From: Lingula anatina | Lineage: Eukaryota > Animalia > Brachiopoda | Assembly: GCA_051362555.1 (NCBI GenBank) | Contig: CM120642.1 | Coordinates: 30,008,001-30,072,000, forward strand | Direction: 5' to 3' | Length of the DNA: 64,000 nt | Shown: positions 54,159 to 64,000 of the stretch, in pieces | Position numbering within the stretch: the stretch's first letter is position 1 | Layout: every line of letters begins with the position of its first letter | Position numbers and translations under genes: made by a program | Notes under the pieces: generated by a model | What the model was told of the DNA's origin: nothing | What the model saw: the letters and a program-made list of their open reading frames with translations, nothing else | Databases searched by the model: none

Positions 54159-55524
54159 TGGGGCTCAGACAACTGGAAGTTAAGGACAATAATCTGGACG
54201 GGTCAATTTTAATGCAGCTGTATTTTTGCACATAATATATGAATATTGCTTTGGTCAAATAGGATTTTATTTCATTATAGAATCTATTATTTTGGACAAT
54301 ACTGGATGCACATTCTTGGCTTGAAAAGGAGTGTAGATCATATTTTTAAGAGGCCCTGTTGTTATACTGTAGAGTAAGCATTTAATACCATGTGTTCATT
54401 GATAGCAATCCTTGTAAGGTTGCTTATTTTGAATGGTAATAGGGACGTGTATATTATTAAATAGGAACCAGTTTGAAGAATTGGAAAGAGTTTAGTAGGA
54501 AATTTAAGTTTTAACTAGACATTATGTACATGCCAATCATACTCTCAAAGATTAGAATTTCCGCCTTCCAATTCAGAGAACTGTTTTGCGAGCAGCTTCA
54601 AAGCAAAGTGGTCAAGATTTAATGTGGCAAAAATAACCCAACAGTAAATGAAACACTAGAATTTCACTGGCTTTTTACAAAAAACGACCTTATGTTGTTG
54701 GTTAATGAGCCACAGATAAAAATTGTCATTATTTTTATTTTCATCTCTGCTCTTTATGGTCAGTTGGTTTGGTTGCATTTTTGTCGCATCTAGTTTATTG
54801 CTCTTTACTACTTGCTTAAGGATCATGCCAGGTCAAGGATACATTGTTTGATGGTACAGGGAAGTCCCCAGCATGTGAATATAGATGTGCCTTTCTCATG
54901 GTTCAGAGTGGACCCCCTCCATTGTTCTACATGAAGGTGATGATTGTTTACTTCTAAATCAAGAAATTAGCCTCGATATCAGCTGATATTGACACACAGA
55001 GTCACATATTATCTTCACCAGAGTGAGGCTGGGATGGTATTGAAGTGAGATTTTGATAGAGTAAGTGAATGAACATGACGAGCCCGACTAATAACTGTTG
55101 GCTGATTTTGAGACATTCAAAGTTGATGACTGTACATATACCACTTGAACGAAGACCTCCTTGTGAGGGTTTTATTTCAAGTCCTATTTGTATTTATTCT
55201 CATGTAATCATGTTATCTAAGGACTCGTGAATATCTTGTTTATCTGTACACGATGGGCAGCAATTTCCACCACATTTTTTAAAGATTGAATTAAGTGTGA
55301 GAGACAACCTTGGTTTTTACCAGTAGAGAAAATTTTCACGTCTTATTAGAACAAAGTGGGTTGATGAGCGTTTGAGTACCTCCCAGTTGTAGATGGATAC
55401 AGCCATCGAGAAATTTTTGGTTACGTTACACTTCATCATTATCCTTGGATTATTTGTTTTTAATTTTGTATTTCCAAAATGTAAATGAAAATGTAATTAA
55501 GGTAAAATATTGATGATTATTTGC

Positions 55525-55555
<31 letters not shown>

Positions 55556-56378
55556 TTGAGGGAGTCGTGAGTGAGCAAAAAGGAAATGTTTCATCACAGG
55601 ATTAAGAAGAAAATATGGGTAAACATCGCATTGCATATTCAAAGAGCTCAGGATTTAGACTGTCAGATTGGAATGTATGATTTATTGCTTCCTATTACTA
55701 ACTGATCTCAATTTTTAATGAAAAATTATAGAACAACAGAAACCCAAAAAGCAGTGAATGTGAAATTATCTTCATTTTCTTGCTTTTTTAATTCATGTGT
55801 CAATATTAGTCTGTAAGACAGCGAGTCATTTTTACAGTTTTTTATCCTTACATTGCTATATTTAGAAAATTAAGAATATTATTTAAGTGAGGAAACGAGG
55901 CAATCAGTAGTGCTACCCAAAATAATCTTAAAGCCCATTTCATAAGTGCAGACACGAATTGTATGTCATTTCATAGCAACACCCTAAAGAAATAAGAATT
56001 ATTAGCCAATTACATTTCAATAATTCCAATCCTTTACTTAAATTTTTAACCTAGGAGCAAAATTTGACTTGTTAACATTGGAAGAGACTTAAATATGTTT
56101 AAGGAAAAAATATTTGATTTGTCTTCATAACTGAATGATGAAAACTGGTGAGATGGTAGCAGACTGTTCTGTGGGCTTTAGAGGGAAAAGTGTGGCTTTA
56201 GAAATCATTGAAAGAGAAATGATGATGCTTATTTTGTGGGCAAGATGGGAGAAAATGGGAGGTTGGTATATTCACTTAAAAAATTCAAGGTTATTTTATG
56301 AGAATTTTTGTGGCTTCTTATTATATGGAATTCTATTGTTTATTCCAATTATGATGTTACATAAATATGTTTTTAAAG

Positions 56379-56384
56379 AATAAA
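56379..56384 (+). terminator. Probable PAN3 polyadenylation signal AATAAA
   Basis: First AATAAA I found downstream of the PAN3 stop codon (an ATTAAA lies at 54456). It is followed by T/G-rich sequence and a 2-copy repeat of about 36 bp at 56401-56469. Confidence 0.5.
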
Positions 56385-57300
56385 TATTGAACTTAAAAGA
56401 AGTTTGCTTATGAAATTGTCTTTATGGGTAAAACAGTTTGCTTATGAAATCGTCTTTATGGGTAAAACAATGTAAAAATAATGGGCACCCTGAAAAATTT
56501 CAACAAATATATGGGTTAAACTGGTTGGACATAGTTGCACAATATGGATGGTGAACTTGGTATTCTACATACTACCAAAAATACTATCTTTGCTATTTCA
56601 ACACTTGAAAATGCTGAGGCTGTTGTCACCATCTAATTGAGATACTTTCAGACTGGAAAATCTGTTAAGAGTTACAGGAAGACATTCTTATTAGCAAATA
56701 ATAAATGAAAGATCTGTTTCAATAGAGAAGTTGAAATCAATAATTCAGGTATAAGGGGAAGAGTGAATGCAGAGTTTACTTTCTTAGAAAGCTCTAAGAA
56801 TGTCACCTCAGTTTACAACTTCCATCTTTGGCTAAAGTCTCATCTCAAGTGGAGTATCACATTTAACTTAAAAACAGGAGTTTGATGCATTTTATCATAT
56901 TTATAACATCTGGTGTATGTTAAACTTTGTCAGACTGAGAGATGCTTTTTGAATTTTTTCATTATTATTAAGTCCAACATTTCTAATTTGTCATGTTTAA
57001 ACTAAATAAATGTGGAGGAAATACAAAAATTCTTGATAGTTTTCCCAACAAATTCCAAAATCAAATTTTGGTGAATCAAACAATCCTGTTAACAAAATAG
57101 CACATTGAATTTTTTTTTTTTTTTTTTTTTTCATTAAACATGCTAGCATCAGACTTGAAATGGCTTGGAAAAGTAAGTTCAACTTCATGTCGAGTAGCAC
57201 ACTCAGCTGATTGTCAGTTCACTGGGGTACTGAAAAATTATATGTTGGGACATCTAATTTTGCTACACTACAGGGTGGGTTTACTCCCACAAGTTCTCTG

Positions 57301-57432
57301 CCCTCTACCAGGGCCACAGATTAATTATGTACACATTTCTCTAACGCACAGTATGCAGAAAAGCACCATGAATTAACCAGTGGCATATCTGTAAATATCT
57401 AGTGAAAAATCAACCTGTGACCCTGGTAAGGG
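57301..57432. mobile_element. TA-flanked MITE family copy, probably in the acetyltransferase 3' UTR
   Basis: CCCTCTACCAGGGCCACAG...CTGTGACCCTGGTAAGGG|TA. The left flank is TG, probably a mutated TA. Confidence 0.72.
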
Positions 57433-57682
57433 TACAAGTTCTCCACTGGTTCACTTGCTGCCGTTTAGTTACAGCCTATGTATGCTCCATTTAGGTGACC
57501 CCAGTTCATTATATGCTGGGCTTTCAAGTAACTGTTGCCAATCTCTCAGGGTGGTTGTTACAGGCAATTATACCACTCAAAGAAAAGAGGGCTTAAAATG
57601 GTAAAATTATCTCACCACACGAGTGACCATGACCAAGTGTAAAGGAACTTCCTTTCTGACCTGCACAACTCTAAAATTCAAA

Positions 57683-58786
57683 TTACTTGAGACTCATCCT
57701 CAATCTATGCACATTGTTAGATACCAACCCCATCAAATATGTGTTTTCTACATGTTTGTCTACTCTGAACCCACATTTATTATACAACTTCAAAGCTGGT
57801 AATTGAGCATCAGAAGTAAACAGGACTATGTCATCATATCCATTTTTCCTGCTAAAATCCACAGCTTTTTGGGTCAGTGCCTCTGCTATCCCTTTGTGTC
57901 GAAAAGTTGCATCTACGCTCATTCTTCTGAACTCTGCTCTGCTGTCTGACTTCTTACATATGCCTGACGTTCCTACGATTTTATTGTTATAAGTTGCAAC
58001 CCAGAATGCACATCCTGGACGAGTGTAATATGCAAACAAGTCGGATTTTTCCTCTCTATACTGTTCCTCATACTTGTTATAAATGTGTTGAAAAAGTATG
58101 TAGGGAAAAGATAAAGAGAGCAATAGTGTTACAATTAAAGAACCCTGAATACTCTGAGTTAATGCATAAGTGATGAGTGATGAAACTGGCACAGCACAGG
58201 CGTTTGCAGGGCTCAAAATAAATTTTTTCATAAAAGCAAAGGTGAGATGGCTTTTGAGGTTCTTCGTTACAAAATCCCATACAATATCCTTTTCCTGATC
58301 TCGTAGTGGACGAATTTGCAGTAGTTCTCTATTATATTTGCCAACAGTGGACACTGATGCCTGAAATAATAGATCATCATCATGAGTAATTTAATCTTAC
58401 ACAATTAGAACTTGTAAATACAATTTTTAATGCAATTAATACATTTTATAATAATCAAAAGGCTCAAATAACTAGAGTTTAATCTATAAATCTTTTGTTC
58501 TGTATTTGTACTACTGATAATACATTATGTAAAATAAGCCAACCACAGCCAAAGGCTAGAGCTACATGTAGTTATCAGTAGTAATTAGCCGAAGTGTCTC
58601 TCAGATCTGCGTCGTCTTTGAAGCTTTCCTTCTTTTAGCAGTAAGTTTTACAAATTTAAAAAATTTAGTTTTTAAAATGTTTTTAACAAAAATTGAACAG
58701 ACAATTACCGTAGAAATATTCGTGACCACATATCGCCCTTTCCTAATGCATCTTGTGGTGTGGCACAATACTACATGAGGAAACAT
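57683..58786 (-). CDS. NAT8/camello-like GNAT N-acetyltransferase, about 251 aa
   Basis: The main exon 58360-57683 has acceptor atttcag|GCA. It encodes LQIRPLRDQEKDIVWD, a hydrophobic segment (SLIVTLLLSLSFPYILF), SDLFAYY..PGCAFWVA...IVG, EFRRMSVDATFRHKGIA (acetyl-CoA motif A) and LFTSDAQLPALKLYNKCGF. Proposed exon 1 is 58786-58709 (ATG...ACG|gtaatt, phase 0) and is less certain. Confidence 0.88.
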
Positions 58787-58789
58787 CCA

Positions 58790-59110
58790 GCTTATTCATT
58801 AAGAATTAACTTGCTCTTATTTTCACGTGCACCTGTCTGTTTTCTTATTACCGGAAGTACTTGTGTGTCTTTCCGCTAGATGGCAGTGTCACCATTGAGG
58901 TGACCAAGCAGCAAGGTCAAACAGATATGAAGATGGACAGTGCGCTTTGAAGTGTGCTGAAGTGATTTTTTTTTATTTTTTACAGACGGGATACCGTATA
59001 AGCATAACGATGATTGTCGAATGATGTCCTGGAAATCAGTTAAAAGTTTGTTAAAAGCATTGAGGAAGATCTTAAACATTGACACCTTGTGAAAACTGGG
59101 TCATCTCTAG
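58790..59110. promoter_or_regulatory. Probable bidirectional promoter between the NAT8-like gene and the LRR gene
   Basis: Short head-to-head gap with locally retained CpG. Contains an ETS-type CCGGAAGT at 58851-58858, an E-box CACGTG at about 58824 and a YY1-like AGATGGC at about 58878. Confidence 0.5.
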
Positions 59111-59735
59111 GCGCTAAGGAAGGTAAACTAATGGCTGACCTTGGTGTCAGTAAATAACTTTCACTTTGAGTGACTTTTGCCTTAGGTATACCTGCAGCTT
59201 AGTTCAGATAAGTGTCTACCGTTTTTCTGTTTATGTGCACAAAGAGAAGTACATGTATATAAAGTTTGTGATGTTATTTTCTTCTAAATTCAGTTACCGT
59301 ATCTGGTGACTTGAAGTCTGGTCTGGAGGATCAATGGCTGTCCAAAGCACAAATAACTATATTTGCCTATCGCCTCCATGATTTTGCATAGGAACATTTT
59401 AATCCATAGTAATTCTGGCTGGCCAGGTCAAAGTGGATATGTTTACCAAAACATAATCCGCTAGTACGTCTGATGGTTAACTGTAATGAAAAACAGTGAA
59501 ATTTAAGTTTGTTGTAACAGCAGTATAACTGTAATAAATTTGTTACAAAATAGGGGGAGGATGATATGAAAATTATTTCAATGTTGCTCTTAGAGTTGTT
59601 AAAAGATTTATTTTAGTTGCGTAAAAATACGAGAGTGCTTAGCTGTTTAAAATTTATTTGTCACAGACTGTGTAATAATCAAATTCAATTGTTCATGAAC
59701 AGAGGTGAGCTGCATGAACACTCCCCACTATCAAA

Positions 59736-62700
59736 ATGGCAGAAGAAGAGAGAAATGAGTTTGAAGATATATTGTCAGGTAAATATTTGCTTACTACTAG
59801 TCCAACTCGTAACTGACAGACTGATATATATATATATAAAGTGCAATACAGATAACTGTTAGTGACGACTTTAGATGAGGTTTGCAATCTTGTTATTCTC
59901 AAGACTGATATTTTCTTTAAAATCAAGTTAATTGTAAGCAATGTTAGTGAAATGGACATTCAGTTGAGACTGCCTAGAAATAAATTTGCAAACTGAAAGA
60001 AAAATAAGTATTTCATAAATTACAACCCATAATAAGAGATGTCGACCATATACTCAGAACTTTTGCTTTTTGGAAATAACCTTTCTTTTTAATTCATGCA
60101 TGCTGAATGAGCTTGGGTTTGAGGGCTCAGATGTTCTGGGTAAACATGAAAGTACCAAATTTTCTTGATTTCGTTGTTGACTTTGAGAGACTCAGGTCTT
60201 TTAGCTAAATTAATGAAACACTATACTAGCACATGACTGTTGCAGAACTGTTGATACACTGCTCATATGTGGTTAGTAGGATAAAATTTAGCTTAGTCTA
60301 TATTGTTTAATTGATTAAGATTCATATTTTTTTTCTCCTTTTATGATATAGAAGAGAATGTAAATAACCAGGAAGATTTTGAAGATGACTTGTATAATCT
60401 AGAGGGTATGTACATGTAGACGTTTTTATTATTATTTTTTTCTTATCAATTATTTTTTAAACTGGTGTTAATGTGAAGGTGTTGCAAAACTAAATGTCCA
60501 TATATGGTTCAAATAAGATAAAACTTAGCCTACTAAAAGTTTATATTGTAAAATGTATTTATTAAGAATCATGGTTTTATCCTTTTATGATCCAGAAGAG
60601 TATGTGGAAGGCGAGGAAGCTGACGATGATGACATGTATGGAGAGAGTATGTAGACTTTTGATTAAAATTTTTTATCATTATATATTTTTTTAAACTGGT
60701 GTTAAAGTGAATGTGCTTTAAAAGCTATTTGAATTTGGATTAGTAATTATCCCAATTTAGGGTTGAACGTAGTCAAGAGGTAACAAAATTCAAAGTCAAT
60801 AACTGCTTCATTTGTTTTACGTGATCACGAAATTATAAGATAATTGACCATAATTAAGACCCATTGAGAGTATTTTGATGACATATGTAGCACTTGCACT
60901 GGTCCTGGTGCCATTTATAACCAGGCCATTGCACCTATAACTGCCCTGAGTGAGAATTGTTCCCAGGTCTTCCAACAATAAACAACCCGTGGGCATTCAG
61001 TAAAATTTTGATATAAAGTAATTGCTGTCACTAAAATGTCAGTAAATATTTAGTATTTATATGTGTAACTAAAATGATAATTTTTCAAAAATAATGAACT
61101 TGTATACTAGTAAGTAGTTATAGTATTTGATGTATTGTTAGTAATTACTGTAATCTTGGTTTTAGCTGAAGAACCTGAGGAATTGCAAGCACAGGGGAAC
61201 CCGTTTGGTATGATCACTGTTATTTTTTAGTGTTTCTAACTTGTAAATTATTGTATCACATGATAAGATCTTATATCTCTATCACAACATTAACCATGGT
61301 GCAGATTTCACCACTTGCTGTGGTGAGCAGGTTGGGTTCAACCTAATATTTATAAAATTTATGCTTACAGAAGTACCGAAGTTGACAAATGAGCTTGCAT
61401 AGTTTGTTGAGTGTTTAATATGTATTGGTAACTTAGTAAAAATCCTGAATAAAACTGAAATATGCCCAAAAATTCTTTGATTTCAGACTTGTGAAATTTT
61501 ATTGCAGTTAAGATTTTTTCACTATGATATTGCTTGTTGTGTCTTTACAGCTAATATATTTAGTGGCTTTGGTGACATGTTGAATGTTGCAGCACAGGAG
61601 CAGAAATATCCGCAGTCTCAACAAGTGCAGCAGCAAGCTGCCACAGGTTTGTTCTTGGTCTTAGACTATGATAATAATGTCAGTAACTCAAATGCCTTTG
61701 TTTCTGCCATTTAAGACACCTGCACCTAAGAATAATTTGAAAGATTTGATCTTTTAACCATAATAATTGCAATTGCTTGATACTTCTGATACATTTATTA
61801 TTTTCATTTCAGCGAACTTAATTCAGGGATTTAGCAATGTGTTTACCGAGTTTGGAGATCTTGCGGGAGCTGCTCAGTCTGGTGGGTTCTATTGTCAGAA
61901 GCTGTATGCTATCTGGGTATTTGCCTAATGAAGATCAAAATAAATAGTTTGATCGTGTAGTAAGAATATGTTTTTATTCATTTTGTTTTAAGAAATAAAT
62001 GTTTTTTTGGTTAAATACAGATAAAAATGAGAGTGGCAAGGGATACATGATTGTATAAATAGTATGTTAGAATAAAAAAGGAACACTTTTATTTCTTAAA
62101 TTACATATTTTGTCCTTTTTAAAGGGGAAAGGGGAAATAGGCGAGTTGATCCATCAGAACTGATGTTCACAAAGAAAAATTTGAAAAAAGTAGATCTAAA
62201 CCAGGGACGCAGAAGACAAGGTAATAAAGATGATTGGTGAATTGTCAGTGCAAAAAATATTTTTCTTTTTCACATATATTTGGTATTGCAGTTGATATAC
62301 AGTGTACTTCTTTGTTTAAAGCTGTATGTACTAAGTTGTTTCAGTTGATGCTTATAGGCTGAGAGGACACGGCATGATATATATATCAATCATTCGATAA
62401 ATTAAACATAAGTGTAGGTAATTTCTTGACATGACATTTCTACTTGTAGGCATCGGATTTAAAGAATTTTATGAAGATTTTAATCAAGCAGAGTACAAAA
62501 AGTTTCCAGAAGAGGCCATCCACTATTTGCCAGTAGAATCAATTGTGGTAAGCAGGCCAGGGGATGATGGGTAGCTTTGATATGGGTCTCAATTTTCACT
62601 TTTTGGCCATTGTACTTGGGGTTTTGGGTTAAAGTGGACATTGAAGTTATTTCTGAATGTTATTTTAGGATACCTACTGTAGTTATGTTTCAGAGTAAAT

Positions 62701-63129
62701 ATACCATATACCTGATAGGCAAATACATATGCAGATCAGCCCTATGGTCTGTCCTATTTTACAGTGTAGTAATGTAAGTCTACTACATACTTTGACAAAT
62801 AAGTTCAGATTGTTTGAATAGAAAATATGAAGATTTGGGTCGGTTTTGAAAAAAAAAAGTTATTTCTTTCATCTGTCAGTAATTTTGCTATAAATGCAAT
62901 GTTTACATTTTGTATCTTGCAACTTTTCAGAAAGTAATAGAAAGAACTTTGCCCCCTCCCAGCATTCTTGACTTTAAAGGGTTAGATATGCTGACGGACT
63001 TCGTATTTGAGTACTTGATGCGGCGCAATGAAGAAGAGTCTTTGGAAGCAGCATTCACAGTCACCGCAATTGATTGTAGTGGTATGATGATTTTTATCAC
63101 TCACTTACTGTTAACTCTTTATTTATTTC

Positions 63130-63198
<69 letters not shown>

Positions 63199-63918
63199 TT
63201 TATTTTATTTTTTTTTTTTTTTTGAAAAATATACCTTCTTGGGTGAACCCCACTTGTTCCTTAAAATCATGTTCTTTTTATGACTTACAAAACAATCCTG
63301 GGAAAATTCATTTATTTAGTGTTCAAATTTAGAAAGTTATTGTGCTAGGTTCACATTTGGAAGAGACCAGTGATTAGCAAAGTTTATAGGGAAAATCATT
63401 TCTTTTTTATTGTTCTTTTTTTATTAATTGAATCATTAATTTGTCATTATAGTCTTTTGACTGATGTATGATATATGCTAATTTTAATTTTAATAAACCC
63501 ATGTGAGTGAGTGCCTTTTTTAAAATTCACTGAGAATAAAAATAATGTTAAAGCATTTGATGATGGAAGTTTAATCTAAATCCACTACATATTCACTCTT
63601 AAAAATCAAACATTTTATTCAAGTCAGTGATATATATAATACTTTGCATTTTTCACAGCAGAGCTTAGCATTGTTTGAATCTAACTAATACTACTAAAAA
63701 AATATATTTTTTAATTTCACTGTTCTCCAAAAATATTTGGCTTTAAAGTAGTATATGAGCATAAGCAAACACTTACAACAGTTGATTGATCTTTCAAAAG
63801 ATACACAAAGTAACAACTATTGTTTAATATAAATTAATAATTTTATTTTCTAGGTTGCAGATATCTTACTGATGAGGGTATTTTGCGTATGGTCCACACA
63901 TTCAAGTATCTCAAAGAG
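59736..63918 (+). CDS. Uncharacterised protein with acidic low-complexity N-terminus, WH2-like motif and start of FBXL/AMN1-type leucine-rich repeats (partial; continues past the right edge)
   Basis: Exons 59736-59778 (aaaATGG), 60352-60405, 60596-60646, 61166-61207, 61551-61646, 61813-61881, 62125-62220, 62450-62547, 62931-63081 and 63854-63918 give 255 codons in one frame with GT-AG introns. Translation: MAEEERNEFEDILSE..QEDFEDDLYNLE..EEADDDDMYGE..ELMFTKKNLKKVD..ILDFKGLDMLTDFVF..VTAIDCSGCRYLTDEGILRMVHTFKYLKE. The last segment fits an LRR_CC repeat (LxLxxCxxLTDxG). Confidence 0.8.
63131..63197. repeat. (TAT)n microsatellite
   Basis: Trinucleotide run in an intron. It is the source of the poly-Tyr stretch in the 62910 ORF. 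Confidence 0.95.
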
Positions 63919-64000
63919 GTAAGATAAGTGATTTTTTGTAGACATGGCCCATTGGGGAAAACTTTGAAGATACTGAAGGTCTGTTGGACCTACACTAAGT

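Noticed and set aside
37322-58786. Functional mitochondrial gene cluster (Mieap-like plus putatively mitochondrial NAT8-like)
   Set aside because: Gene neighbourhood in animals rarely implies shared function, PAN3 lies between the two genes, and the targeting signal is only predicted.
59131-59150. ATGGCTGACCTTG as the start of the LRR gene
   Set aside because: The donor is weak. The ATG at 59736 has a better context, a strong CAG|gtaaat donor and acidic composition matching the following exons.
63082-63332. Poly-tyrosine C-terminus in ORF 62910-63332
   Set aside because: This is read-through into an intron containing (TAT)n. The exon ends at the 63081 donor.

Overview
AT-rich animal genomic DNA with GT-AG introns, microsatellites and many small DNA-transposon relics. 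It is most consistent with a marine invertebrate, probably a mollusc or other lophotrochozoan (inference). Almost all ORFs in the six-frame track are spurious. I rebuilt five spliced genes by hand, each with phase-consistent exons: (1) the 5' half of a glycine-receptor/GluCl-like anion-type Cys-loop channel on the minus strand (12458 to 69, running off the left edge); (2) a Mieap/SPATA18-like gene on the minus strand (41307 to 37322); (3) a complete 18-exon PAN3 on the plus strand (44610-54158); (4) a NAT8/camello-like GNAT acetyltransferase on the minus strand (58786 to 57683); (5) the 5' part of an uncharacterised plus-strand gene with an acidic micro-exon N-terminus, a WH2-like motif and the start of an FBXL/AMN1-type LRR (59736 to beyond 63918). 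Several MITE families are recognisable from terminal inverted repeats (TIRs) and target-site duplications (TSDs). The most notable sequence-level signal is TACATGTA, which occurs at least 17 times. Two internal duplications show it as a CATGTA indel at a TA dinucleotide, which matches a Tc1/mariner excision footprint. There is no CRISPR array, rRNA or tRNA, and no prokaryotic-type system.
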